A stretch of 64,000 bases of DNA, taken from NCBI GenBank assembly GCA_046706365.1, contig JBJKPN010000120.1:1372-65371 (forward strand). The letters are read 5' to 3'. The position numbers and the translations under genes are program-made. Numbering within the stretch: the first letter of the stretch is position 1; every line of letters begins with the position of its first letter. Below are positions 19,411 through 28,227 of the stretch, piece after piece. The notes below the pieces were generated by a model. It searched no databases and was not told where the DNA came from. It saw nothing but the letters and a program-made list of their open reading frames with translations. Source of the stretch: Candidatus Kryptoniota bacterium (GTDB lineage Bacteria; Bacteroidota; Ignavibacteria; Kryptoniales; JAKASW01).

Positions 19411-20813
19411 ATGTCTATTGCGTGTCCGAGTGAATCCTCTGCTGCCTCCATAACTGCTTCGCTGAGAGTCGGGTGCGCGTGCACGGTTCGAATTATTTCG
19501 TTGGGGGTCGTCTCGAGTTTCTTCGCAACTCCCAATTCCGCAATCAATTCGGTCGCACCGTGGCCGATAATATGAGCGCCGAGGAGTTCTCCGTACTTCT
19601 TGTCAAATATCAATTTAACGAAGCCGACCGCCTCGTTTGTGGCGATGGCCTTTCCATTAGCTGTGAACGGAAACCGCCCGATCTTAGTTTCATAGCCGAG
19701 CTCCCTGGCCTTCGCTTCAGTGAGGCCGATGCTCGCGACCTGAGGCTGGCAATAAGTACAGCCGGGGATGCTGTTGTAGTCGAGGGGCTCCGTTTCAACT
19801 CCCGCTATTGCTTCCACACACCGGATCCCTTCGGCAGATGCCACGTGTGCAAGCCAGGGTGCGCCGATGACATCTCCGATCGCATACACACCTTCCACGG
19901 CAGTTTTGTAGTTGGTTCTGTCGACATTTATCCACGACTTCTCTACCTTGACGCCGATCTTCTCCAGTCCGATGTTGTCGGTGTTCCCCTGAATGCCGAC
20001 AGCTACGAGGGCTATATCGGCCTTAAGTTCCTGTGCTCCCTTCTTGTTGGAGATCTTTACGGCCACGCCGTCCCCAGCCGCAGCCGCCGACTCAACTTTC
20101 GTCTCTGTCAGGACATCGATTCCCTGCTTCTTGAATTCCCTTTCAAGCTGCGCTGTAACTTCCGCATCTTCAACAGGTAAGATGTTCGGCATCATTTCTA
20201 TCAAAGTGACCTTCGAGCCGAATGCGTTGTAGAAATAGGCGAACTCGGCACCTATCGCACCTGCACCTATTATAATCATCTGCTTGGGTACGGACTCAAG
20301 GAGCATGGCTTCAGTACTCGTCACCACTTTCTTCCTGTCGATCTTAATACCGGGGAGTTCACGAGGGCGGGCTCCGGTCGATATGATAATATTCTTCCCC
20401 TCGACGAGCGCGACTTCTTTTCCGTAATTGTCGGTGACAGAAAGCGTGTTCTTGCTGACAAACTTTCCCGTACCGCTTACCTTCTCGATTTTGTTTTTCT
20501 TGAAGAGGTATTCCACACCCTGAGATAGCCTGTTGGCGGCGTCCCTGCTTCTCTTTATGACTTTTTTAAAATCGACCTTTAGATTGTCGTACGAGATTCC
20601 GTAATCCTTTGACTCCTTGAAATTCCACATGACTTCGGCACTCTTCAGCAGGGCCTTGGAAGGAATGCACCCCCAGTTCAAACAAATCCCGCCGAGTTTG
20701 TCGCGCTCGACGCAGCCTACCTTCATTCCAAGCTGCGCGGCTCTTATTGCGGCCACGTAACCTCCCGGTCCGCTGCCAAGTATTACCAGATCAAATTTTT
20801 TCGATTCCGCCAT
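19407..20813 (-). CDS. lpdA: Dihydrolipoyl dehydrogenase (E3)
   Basis: FAD motif LVILGSGPGGYVAA, redox disulfide GGICLNWGCIPSK, NAD motif IIGAGAIGAEFA, and C-terminal HAHPTLSE. GAGGAG lies upstream of the ATG. Confidence 0.95.
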   Translation of the reverse strand: MAESKKFDLVILGSGPGGYVAAIRAAQLGMKVGCVERDKLGGICLNWGCIPSKALLKSAEVMWNFKESKDYGISYDNLKVDFKKVIKRSRDAANRLSQGVEYLFKKNKIEKVSGTGKFVSKNTLSVTDNYGKEVALVEGKNIIISTGARPRELPGIKIDRKKVVTSTEAMLLESVPKQMIIIGAGAIGAEFAYFYNAFGSKVTLIEMMPNILPVEDAEVTAQLEREFKKQGIDVLTETKVESAAAAGDGVAVKISNKKGAQELKADIALVAVGIQGNTDNIGLEKIGVKVEKSWINVDRTNYKTAVEGVYAIGDVIGAPWLAHVASAEGIRCVEAIAGVETEPLDYNSIPGCTYCQPQVASIGLTEAKARELGYETKIGRFPFTANGKAIATNEAVGFVKLIFDKKYGELLGAHIIGHGATELIAELGVAKKLETTPNEIIRTVHAHPTLSEAVMEAAEDSLGHAIDI

Positions 20814-21281
20814 TTTTTCTCCTCTGAACTTCAGGACAGGCTAAGGTTATAGATCCGTCCTTTTTCAGGTTTTATAGTCTATTTTCGTCATTCGGGGATT
20901 TCCCAACCAACGAAATCGCTCATACTGAATTCACTGTGACTGCTTGAAAATATAACAGAAATGGGGCATCTAAATCAAACTTGCCCCACGTAACCTGAGG
21001 CCACACACACTTAACAACGACTTAGGCCAAGAAATTGCATTTACCTGCCAGAAAATGGGATTTGACTCCGAAGTTCGGGTCGCCCGCCCAACTCAGTTGG
21101 CCATGTAATGCCTACCAGCACTGATTGGATTCACTTCGGAAGGGAAAATCGGTCAAGAAACAACAGGAACCAGAACTCGACCGGCAGAAGAGAAAGTGAC
21201 AGGAAATATGAAAGGCAACAAAGCTGTTGTTGAGCAGCTGGGCCAGGTGGTTCGGGGCATTCTCGACCCACTCATGCGCCT

Positions 21282-22499
21282 TCAGTCCTGCGAGTCGCAG
21301 TCGACAGCTTTCAGCTTTATCCTGAAAGTCGAGCCTTTCCCCGATTTGCTGTCTTTCAGGAAAATCTCACCTCCGTGGTAAGACTCGATGATCCTCTTCG
21401 ATAGGCTCAACCCCAATCCCCAGCCTCTCTTCTTGGTCGAGTAACCGGGCCTGAAGACATCTCGCCTGAACTTCATGTTTATCCCTTTTCCTGTGTCGGA
21501 CACGTCTATGTTCACGGAATGATCCTCACCTGAAATGTGAACGGTGATACTTCCCTCTTTATTCTCGATCGCATCCAGCGAGTTCTTGATCAGATTCTCG
21601 AGAACCCATTCAAAGAGCTCGGGATTCATCCGTGCACAAAGGGATTTGTCACCCGTAAGCGACAAAGCGACTTTTTTCCCGGTCTGAGGAATTCGTTTGC
21701 CGAAATATGTTATGACGTTGTCCACAACTTCTGCGACGCCAGTCTTCCTGAGTTCCGGAAGAGACCCTATCCTTGAAAATCTCATGGCCACTTTATTAAG
21801 GCGGCTGAGGTCCTGTTCCATGTCCGAGAGTATTTCGGATTTGCGATCGCTGCTAATGTCGGACTTCAGAAGTTCCGTCCAGCCCATGAGACTGGAAAGC
21901 GGCGTCCCGAGCTGATGGGCCGTCTCTCTGGACATCCCCACCCAAATGTTCGACTGCTCGCTCCGTTTCAGGTAGCTGAATGCGAAATAACTAATGAGGA
22001 TGAAAAGTGCGGCAACCGTGAACTCCACATAAGGCACATACCTAAGCTGCGTAACCAGATTCGATTCCCCGTAATGAACGTAGTTGAGAACCACCGAGCC
22101 GATGGACACTTTGATCGGAGGGTACTGCTTATCCATTCTTGCCAACAGCCGCATCAGGTAATCGTGCTGCTGCCGGAGCGACTTGGTCGTGTCCAGCTTG
22201 ATATTCCTGATATTCCGGTCGTAAGGCTGGTAGGGCTGGTTATGGCTGTCCGTCAGAATCATCGGAAAATCGATCGAGCCGAGGACATTGTCAAAGATAT
22301 AGCTGTAGTCTTGGGCGGACGACGTGTCGCTGGCAAGATACTGAAGCGACCTGGCATACAGATGGGCAATTTTGGCTTCACGCTCAATAAGTCGATGAAC
22401 TATTGATTGAGTGTAAATCAGTGTCCCGGCAGCGATAACAGCGGCGAGAACCAGGAGCCCGGCCTTTATGTTCACAGAAGAAGGATTAGAGGACGCCAT
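21282..22499 (-). CDS. Sensor histidine kinase (orphan; no adjacent response regulator)
   Basis: Two predicted TM segments flank a domain of about 130 aa. H-box ETAHQLGTPLSSLMGW; ATPase boxes ENLIKNSLDA, DTGKGI, GWGLGLS. Confidence 0.85.
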   Translation of the reverse strand: MASSNPSSVNIKAGLLVLAAVIAAGTLIYTQSIVHRLIEREAKIAHLYARSLQYLASDTSSAQDYSYIFDNVLGSIDFPMILTDSHNQPYQPYDRNIRNIKLDTTKSLRQQHDYLMRLLARMDKQYPPIKVSIGSVVLNYVHYGESNLVTQLRYVPYVEFTVAALFILISYFAFSYLKRSEQSNIWVGMSRETAHQLGTPLSSLMGWTELLKSDISSDRKSEILSDMEQDLSRLNKVAMRFSRIGSLPELRKTGVAEVVDNVITYFGKRIPQTGKKVALSLTGDKSLCARMNPELFEWVLENLIKNSLDAIENKEGSITVHISGEDHSVNIDVSDTGKGINMKFRRDVFRPGYSTKKRGWGLGLSLSKRIIESYHGGEIFLKDSKSGKGSTFRIKLKAVDCDSQD

Positions 22500-22884
22500 C
22501 TTTCCAGATTATAATTTCGGCGCTATCGAATTTCAAGACAACCGGGAATTTATCGGCCTTTTGCTACCTTTGCGGCATGATGTCTTGCCCGCCGACAAAA
22601 TCCGGGTTCCCGGGCGCGATTCGATGGAGCCGGAGATGTCCGTGTCCGCCGCATACAAGCCCTATACACTTGGGAGGTTGGACAGGTCTTCGCGATAGAG
22701 CGTGCAAGGTGTCTGTCAACGCACAACCTGCTGCCGAGGCCGTCGTGGCATGCTCATGGATTCCGCGTTTCAACATTTCCCGGACCGGCGGTTGACTGAA
22801 TTGGGAAAGTACCACGGAAAGCGAACCTTGATTAGGTGGCGCCAAAACTTTAAATTTATGACGATCTAAGCTTATTAAGTTACT

Positions 22885-23907
22885 ATGACACACGAACTTA
22901 ACGAAAGAGAGAAAGAAGTCCTTCGGGCTGTTGTCCACAATTTCATTCTGACGGCAACACCCGTCGGCTCGAAATTCATTGCCGAGAAGCAGCATGTCGA
23001 CCTGAGTCCTGCAACGATCAGGCACGTCATGGCTGAACTGGAGGAGCTTGGATTTCTGAATCATCCCCACACTTCGGCCGGAAGAGTTCCTACCGACAAA
23101 GGATACAGGTTCTATCTCGATTCACTTATGTCGCTGGAAGCCCTTCAGGAGGACGAACAGGCGAGGATAGCATTCGGTTTGAAAAGCTCATTCGATTCCG
23201 GTGAACTGCTGGGTGAAGCATCGAAGCTTCTTGGAAAAGTGTCGAGGCAGCTGAGTCTGGTCTCCGCTCCTTACCTTGGAGATGCGGTCCTGACAAGGCT
23301 GGAGCTGATCTACCTGAATCGGTCAAGAGTACTGGTCGTAATCTCCCTGGAAACCGGCTTAATCAAGACGATCGTCCTTGAAATTGAATCAGAGGTCAAC
23401 CAGGACGGTCTGGCGAAAGTGAACTCGCTGTTGAATGAACGTCTGGCAGGTTTAAAACTCTCGGAAATCAGGGAAACCATTCTGGAAAGGGTTGGAGACT
23501 ACGCAGACGAGGAAGTCATCAGCCGGTTCACGAGCATGAGCGACAAGATTTTTTCTGCAAGACCGGACAGCGACAGGGTACATATAGGGATGCCGCATGG
23601 TCTGCTCACCCACCCCGAGTTCGACCTTCCCGAGAACCTGAAAGGCATTCTCGAAATACTTGGCGATGAAGATGTTATATTGCACATCCTCGAGAAGAGC
23701 GATTCGAACAGCCCGATCACCGTCAAAATCGGAAGCGAGAACGAGGACGAGAAGCTTAAAGACTACAGCCTGATCACGGCGCGGTACGAGGCGGGCGGCG
23801 TTAAAGGGACAGTAGGTATAGTCGGTCCGCGACGGATGCAATACTCCCGGCTAATACCGCTTGTAGATTTTGTAGCGAAAGTTATTACCAACAAGTTAGA
23901 ATCATAA
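22885..23907 (+). CDS. hrcA: Heat-inducible transcription repressor HrcA
   Basis: LNEREKEVLRAVVHNFILTATPVGSKFI, HPHTSAGRVPTDKGYRFY and C-terminal GTVGIVGPRRMQYSRLIPLVDF. Confidence 0.93.
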   Translation: MTHELNEREKEVLRAVVHNFILTATPVGSKFIAEKQHVDLSPATIRHVMAELEELGFLNHPHTSAGRVPTDKGYRFYLDSLMSLEALQEDEQARIAFGLKSSFDSGELLGEASKLLGKVSRQLSLVSAPYLGDAVLTRLELIYLNRSRVLVVISLETGLIKTIVLEIESEVNQDGLAKVNSLLNERLAGLKLSEIRETILERVGDYADEEVISRFTSMSDKIFSARPDSDRVHIGMPHGLLTHPEFDLPENLKGILEILGDEDVILHILEKSDSNSPITVKIGSENEDEKLKDYSLITARYEAGGVKGTVGIVGPRRMQYSRLIPLVDFVAKVITNKLES

Positions 23908-23913
23908 ACAATC

Positions 23914-24558
23914 GTGTCTGAGGAAGAATTGGACCACACGGAACAAGAAAACGAGAGAAGACCATCTGAAATGAGTGATACAGAAAGAGAACCGGAAGAA
24001 CAGGAATCACCCGACGAGAAGCTGTCCGCTGCCGGCGCCGAGGGAGGCCTGGCTGAGGACTATGAAAAGCTGCAGAAGCGACTGGCAGAATCGGAGGGGC
24101 TCGCAGCTTCATACAAAGACCAGCTGTTGAGACTTGCGGCGGAATTTGAAAATTTCAGGAAGCGCGCCGAAATCGACCGGGCGGATTTCGTGAAATTTTC
24201 CAGCGAGAAAATGATAAAAGACATCCTCCCGATCCTCGATGATTTCAACAGGGCATTGACCACGGGCAAGGCGAACAATGACTTCGAATCATTCTACAGA
24301 GGAATCGAAATGATACAGCAGAAGCTCTACAAGCTTCTCGAGGACAAAGGGCTGAAACCGATCGACTCCTTAGGAAAGGAGTTCGACGTGACTTATCATG
24401 ACGTCCTGATGCAGGTCCAGCGTCCCGGAGTGAAGGCACACACCATTGTCGAAGAAATAGAGCGCGGCTACCTTCTGCACGGGAAAGTCATAAAGCACGC
24501 CAAGGTCATCGTCGCCGCCGATACCGAGGAACAATCCGATCCCGCAAAAGAGAACTGA
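23914..24558 (+). CDS. grpE: Nucleotide exchange factor GrpE
   Basis: GTG start. An acidic N-terminal tail is followed by [18 protein letters not shown] and the GrpE C-terminal beta-domain (YHDVLMQV...[15 protein letters not shown]). Confidence 0.9.
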   Translation: MSEEELDHTEQENERRPSEMSDTEREPEEQESPDEKLSAAGAEGGLAEDYEKLQKRLAESEGLAASYKDQLLRLAAEFENFRKRAEIDRADFVKFSSEKMIKDILPILDDFNRALTTGKANNDFESFYRGIEMIQQKLYKLLEDKGLKPIDSLGKEFDVTYHDVLMQVQRPGVKAHTIVEEIERGYLLHGKVIKHAKVIVAADTEEQSDPAKEN

Positions 24559-24575
24559 CACATTTAAGGAACCAG

Positions 24576-25721
24576 ATGGCAAAGAGAGATTACTACGAGA
24601 TACTGGGATTGTCCAGAGGCGCGTCGGTGGAGGAAATCAAGAAGGCTTACCGAAAGCTTGCGATGCAGTATCACCCGGACCGCAACCCGGGAAACAAACA
24701 AGCCGAGGAAAAGTTTAAGGAAGCTACGGAAGCTTACGAAGTGCTGAGCGACCAGGACAAGCGGTCCAGGTACGACAGGTTCGGGCACGAGGGAGTGAGA
24801 CAGGGCGCAGACTTCCACGACTGGACGAATTCGAACGCGAACGACATATTCACGGTGTTCAACGATATTTTCGGCGGCGGGTTAGGAGGATCCATATTCG
24901 GAGACTTCTTCGGCGGCGGAACAAGGACAAGGTCGCGTTCAGGTTCATCAACCGGTGAAAGGGGAAGCGACCTCAAGATATCCGTGAGGCTGACTCTCGA
25001 AGAAATAGCGACCGGCATAGAGAAGAAGATCAAGATTAAGAGGCAGGAAAAGTGCCAGACCTGCGGCGGCTCGGGCGCAAAATCCGGGTCCGGGATGTCG
25101 ACCTGTCCCACCTGCGGTGGAAGCGGTGAAATTCGAAAGGCGACCAGAACGATGTTCGGCCAATTTGTGAACATCGTGCAGTGTTCGACTTGCGGAGGAG
25201 TCGGCAGAATCATCAAGGACCCCTGCCCTTCCTGCGGCGGCGCCGGAAGAGTGAACGGCGAATCCACGATCAAGGTGAAAATTCCCGCGGGAGTCGGCGA
25301 GGGAAATTACCTGACTCTCCGGGGTGAAGGAAATGCCGGGCGCCGAGGCGGTCCTGGCGGAGACCTGATCGTCGTCATAGAAGAGGCCGCTCACGCTCAC
25401 TTCAAACGGGACGGCGACGACATAGTCTATCAGCTCGAACTCAGCTTCCCGGAAGCGGCCCTCGGCAGCGAAGTCGAAGTCCCTACCCTGACAGGCAGGG
25501 CGAAGCTCAAGATCGAGCCGGGCATACAATCCGGCAAAATCCTCAGAATGCGGGAGAAAGGGTTGCCGCATCTGAACGGTTACGGTAAAGGCGACCAGCT
25601 CGTCAGCATCAACGTGTTCACACCGACCAAGCTCAGCCAGCACGAGAAAGACCTGCTGAAGGATTTGGGACGTTCGTCCAACGTGAAGCCGCCTTCGAGA
25701 GACGGCAGCACACTAGATTAG
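24576..25721 (+). CDS. dnaJ: Molecular chaperone DnaJ
   Basis: J-domain with YHPDRNPG, a Gly/Phe-rich linker, and four CxxCxGxG zinc motifs ([32 protein letters not shown]). Confidence 0.96.
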   Translation: MAKRDYYEILGLSRGASVEEIKKAYRKLAMQYHPDRNPGNKQAEEKFKEATEAYEVLSDQDKRSRYDRFGHEGVRQGADFHDWTNSNANDIFTVFNDIFGGGLGGSIFGDFFGGGTRTRSRSGSSTGERGSDLKISVRLTLEEIATGIEKKIKIKRQEKCQTCGGSGAKSGSGMSTCPTCGGSGEIRKATRTMFGQFVNIVQCSTCGGVGRIIKDPCPSCGGAGRVNGESTIKVKIPAGVGEGNYLTLRGEGNAGRRGGPGGDLIVVIEEAAHAHFKRDGDDIVYQLELSFPEAALGSEVEVPTLTGRAKLKIEPGIQSGKILRMREKGLPHLNGYGKGDQLVSINVFTPTKLSQHEKDLLKDLGRSSNVKPPSRDGSTLD

Positions 25722-25821
25722 ATTCACCTTACTTTCACGCTGTTTGAACGCCACGATTGAGTTCACGCCGGATTCTGTCTAAATTCCTTTTGAATTTCGA
25801 ATCGCAGTATATTTACGTAGC

Positions 25822-26286
25822 ATGTTGGCCAGATTACTACACAAAATCCAGGAGAAGTTCGGACTCACGAAAAGCGAGGCCGGTATCATCCTTTTCCTGA
25901 GCGTCGGCCTGATCGTCGGCGGAACAGCCAGGATTTTCAATCTCGACAAGTCGACGGCAAAATACGACTTCAGCAGCTCCGATTCCTTCTTCGTAGCCGC
26001 CTCGTCGAAGATCGACTCCGTTATTGCGGTGGAAGAAGACACCGCGGGAAACCGTCCTGCCGCCGCCCGCAGGAAGCAGTCGTCAGTCGACACTCCTTTA
26101 GATCTGAACCGGGCGACGGTTGAGGATCTGGTGTCGATTCCTGGAATAGGTAACGTGACTGCACAAAGGATCGTCGATTACAGAAGCTCCAACGGCAAGT
26201 TCGGTTCTGTCGAAGAGCTGAAGAACGTCAAGGGAATCGGCGCGAAAAAACTCGAACAAATGAAACCTTACCTGAGGGTCGAGTAA
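25822..26286 (+). CDS. comEA: ComEA-family helix-hairpin-helix DNA-binding protein
   Basis: N-terminal TM segment. The C-terminus LDLNRATVEDLVSIPGIGNVTAQRIVDYR...VEELKNVKGIGAKKLEQ carries two HhH motifs. Confidence 0.8.
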   Translation: MLARLLHKIQEKFGLTKSEAGIILFLSVGLIVGGTARIFNLDKSTAKYDFSSSDSFFVAASSKIDSVIAVEEDTAGNRPAAARRKQSSVDTPLDLNRATVEDLVSIPGIGNVTAQRIVDYRSSNGKFGSVEELKNVKGIGAKKLEQMKPYLRVE

Positions 26287-27153
26287 ATGGAACAATATAG
26301 AATCGTCCTGGGTCTTGAATTCGGCGCCGACTACATCCGCGCCGCGGAGGTGGAGCACAGGAACGGCGAATACTTCCTCTCCAGGCTGACCGAAAAGAAA
26401 CTCGACAGCCTGAAGGTCGAAGACCTGGTGCAGGTAATTTCTCTTCTGATAAGCGACGAGGCCATACTCAGCCGGACAGTATCGGCGGCAATCGACACGC
26501 GGCTGGTCGAAAAGGACACCGTGGACGTCGATTTGGACCAGCGCCACGGAGAGATCGTGAATTTCCTGAAAGCTGAGACGGCGTTCCATAACGATTTCTC
26601 CGAAAAGGATTTTCGCCCGGCCTATGAAGTGATCAGAACGAAAGAGGGGATGTTCAAGGAGGTTTTCTATGCTGCCGTCGGAAAAGAACTACTCGATTCC
26701 CTCAAGAGTGCGTGCACGAGGTGCGGGCTCGAGCTCAGTTTCATAGACCTAGATCATTCCTGCAGCGAATTGACGGTGAACAAGCTGGTGCGACCGGCGG
26801 AGGACTACATCCTCATCACTGTGAAGGACGGCCAGATAGAAGGCAGTTTCTGCAGGAAAGGAGAAAGGGCAGCTTACAAGTACGTCACTTACAAAGACGA
26901 GCCGTTCTATCTGGTAACGAAGATGTCGAACGATCTGGAATCCCTTGCCGACGGCTACGCGGCCAATATATATGTCACCGGCGAATCGGCAGACAGCTTC
27001 CTGACGGATCTTCTGCAGAAGAGTGCGGACAAGAGATTCGAACTTCTCGCCCCGGCCCGGAACATGCTCCTTTCGCCGGCAATTTCGTCCAACTCCAAAC
27101 TCTCTCCAATCCCCCACTATTTCTCTTCCGTGATCGGGGCGGCGCTGAAATAA
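26287..27153 (+). CDS. Hypothetical protein, weakly PilM/FtsA-like (actin-fold) N-terminus
   Basis: 288 aa. It starts directly after the comEA stop. IVLGLEFGADYIRAAEVE resembles the first phosphate-binding strand of PilM-type proteins. I recognise no other motif. Confidence 0.55.
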   Translation: MEQYRIVLGLEFGADYIRAAEVEHRNGEYFLSRLTEKKLDSLKVEDLVQVISLLISDEAILSRTVSAAIDTRLVEKDTVDVDLDQRHGEIVNFLKAETAFHNDFSEKDFRPAYEVIRTKEGMFKEVFYAAVGKELLDSLKSACTRCGLELSFIDLDHSCSELTVNKLVRPAEDYILITVKDGQIEGSFCRKGERAAYKYVTYKDEPFYLVTKMSNDLESLADGYAANIYVTGESADSFLTDLLQKSADKRFELLAPARNMLLSPAISSNSKLSPIPHYFSSVIGAALK

Positions 27154-27155
27154 AG

Positions 27156-27710
27156 ATGAGAATTACAGGCGGAATACTCGGCAGCAGAAGACTGCAGTCG
27201 ATCGAATCCGATGGACTCAGGCCCGCAACCGACAGACTTCGTGAAACCCTGTTCGACATCCTGGTCAACATCATAGAGATCGACGGAGCTGCTGGGCTTG
27301 ACCTTTATGCGGGTGTCGGAAGCGTAGGCTTCGAGGCGATAAGCCGGGGAGCTGCAGGAGTCGTTTTCGTGGAGTCTGACCGGAAAGTTACCGAAGTTCT
27401 GCGAAGAAATGCAGCGGCGCTCGGGGTGGAAAGACAGTGCGATATCCGCAACATGCGGGTCGAACGGTTTCTAAAGATTCATGAAGGGAAATTCGACCTG
27501 ATATTCGTGGACCCTCCTTATGCGTTGAACAACACCACGCATGAGATAATCGCGCAGATCCTGGCCCGCGGCCTCGTGACCGAAGCCGGCATAATTTGTG
27601 TCGAGCATTCGAAGAGTTACTCGCCCCCCGCGGAGCTGTTGATAAGGCAGAAAGTTTTCGGCTCGACTATTCTTTCGCTCCTAAAACCGGAGATAAAATG
27701 TCTAAATTGA
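27156..27710 (+). CDS. rsmD: 16S rRNA (guanine966-N2)-methyltransferase
   Basis: The real start is ATG 27156 inside the longer listed ORF 26712..27710. MRITGGILGSRRLQS...LRPATDRLRETLFDIL, GLDLYAGVGSVGFEAISRGA and VDPPY are RsmD hallmarks. Confidence 0.88.
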   Translation: MRITGGILGSRRLQSIESDGLRPATDRLRETLFDILVNIIEIDGAAGLDLYAGVGSVGFEAISRGAAGVVFVESDRKVTEVLRRNAAALGVERQCDIRNMRVERFLKIHEGKFDLIFVDPPYALNNTTHEIIAQILARGLVTEAGIICVEHSKSYSPPAELLIRQKVFGSTILSLLKPEIKCLN

Positions 27711-28204
27711 CTTCTGACGAAAAGACCGCGATCTATCCCGGCACCTTCGATCCGGTGACATATGGACATGTCGATGTCGCAAAGCGCGCCGCACAATTGT
27801 TCGACAGGGTGATAATCTGCGTCGCCGTGAATACAACCAAGTCACCGCTCTTCACGGGAAAGGAACGGGTCGACTTGATCCGGGAAGCCATGAAAGACAT
27901 CTCCAATATCGAGGTCGAGGAATTCGAAGGCCTGCTGGTAGATTACGCACTGAAAAAGAAAGCAAACGCCATCGTCCGCGGCCTGCGGGCAGTTTCCGAT
28001 TTCGAATACGAATTTCAAATGGCATTAACCAACAGAAAACTGTGCGAAGACATCGATACCGTGTTTCTTATGCCCCACGAGAAGTACACATACCTCAACA
28101 GTACGATAGTCCGGGAAATCGCCCGGTTCGGCGGCGACCTGACCGAATTCGTGCCGCCGCATGTTAAAGAGCAACTTATAAATAAATTCAGTGATGCAAA
28201 ATAA
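27698..28204 (+). CDS. coaD: Phosphopantetheine adenylyltransferase
   Basis: The start is ATG 27698 inside listed ORF 27596..28204. AIYPGTFDPVTYGHVDV (T/HxGH), RGLRAVSDFEYEFQMA and ISSTIVRE-like STIVREI are present. It overlaps the rsmD end by 13 nt. Confidence 0.93.
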   Translation: MSKLTSDEKTAIYPGTFDPVTYGHVDVAKRAAQLFDRVIICVAVNTTKSPLFTGKERVDLIREAMKDISNIEVEEFEGLLVDYALKKKANAIVRGLRAVSDFEYEFQMALTNRKLCEDIDTVFLMPHEKYTYLNSTIVREIARFGGDLTEFVPPHVKEQLINKFSDAK

Positions 28205-28227
28205 AAGGACGGAAGGATGAATCTTAT

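Noticed and set aside
22564-23070. 168-aa minus-strand ORF overlapping the hrcA start
   Set aside because: The upstream 98 codons are antisense to hrcA (from 22885) or lie in its upstream leader and are implausible. Only the distal 70 codons (22564..22776) lie in the spacer. Those are reported as a low-confidence finding rather than a feature.
26712-27155. N-terminal extensions of listed ORFs: 26712..27710 for rsmD, 27596..28204 for coaD, 52854..53876 for punA, 47400..47858 for cdd
   Set aside because: The extensions overlap the preceding genes in another frame and have biased composition. Family-typical N-termini begin at the internal ATGs (27156, 27698, 53052, 47436).
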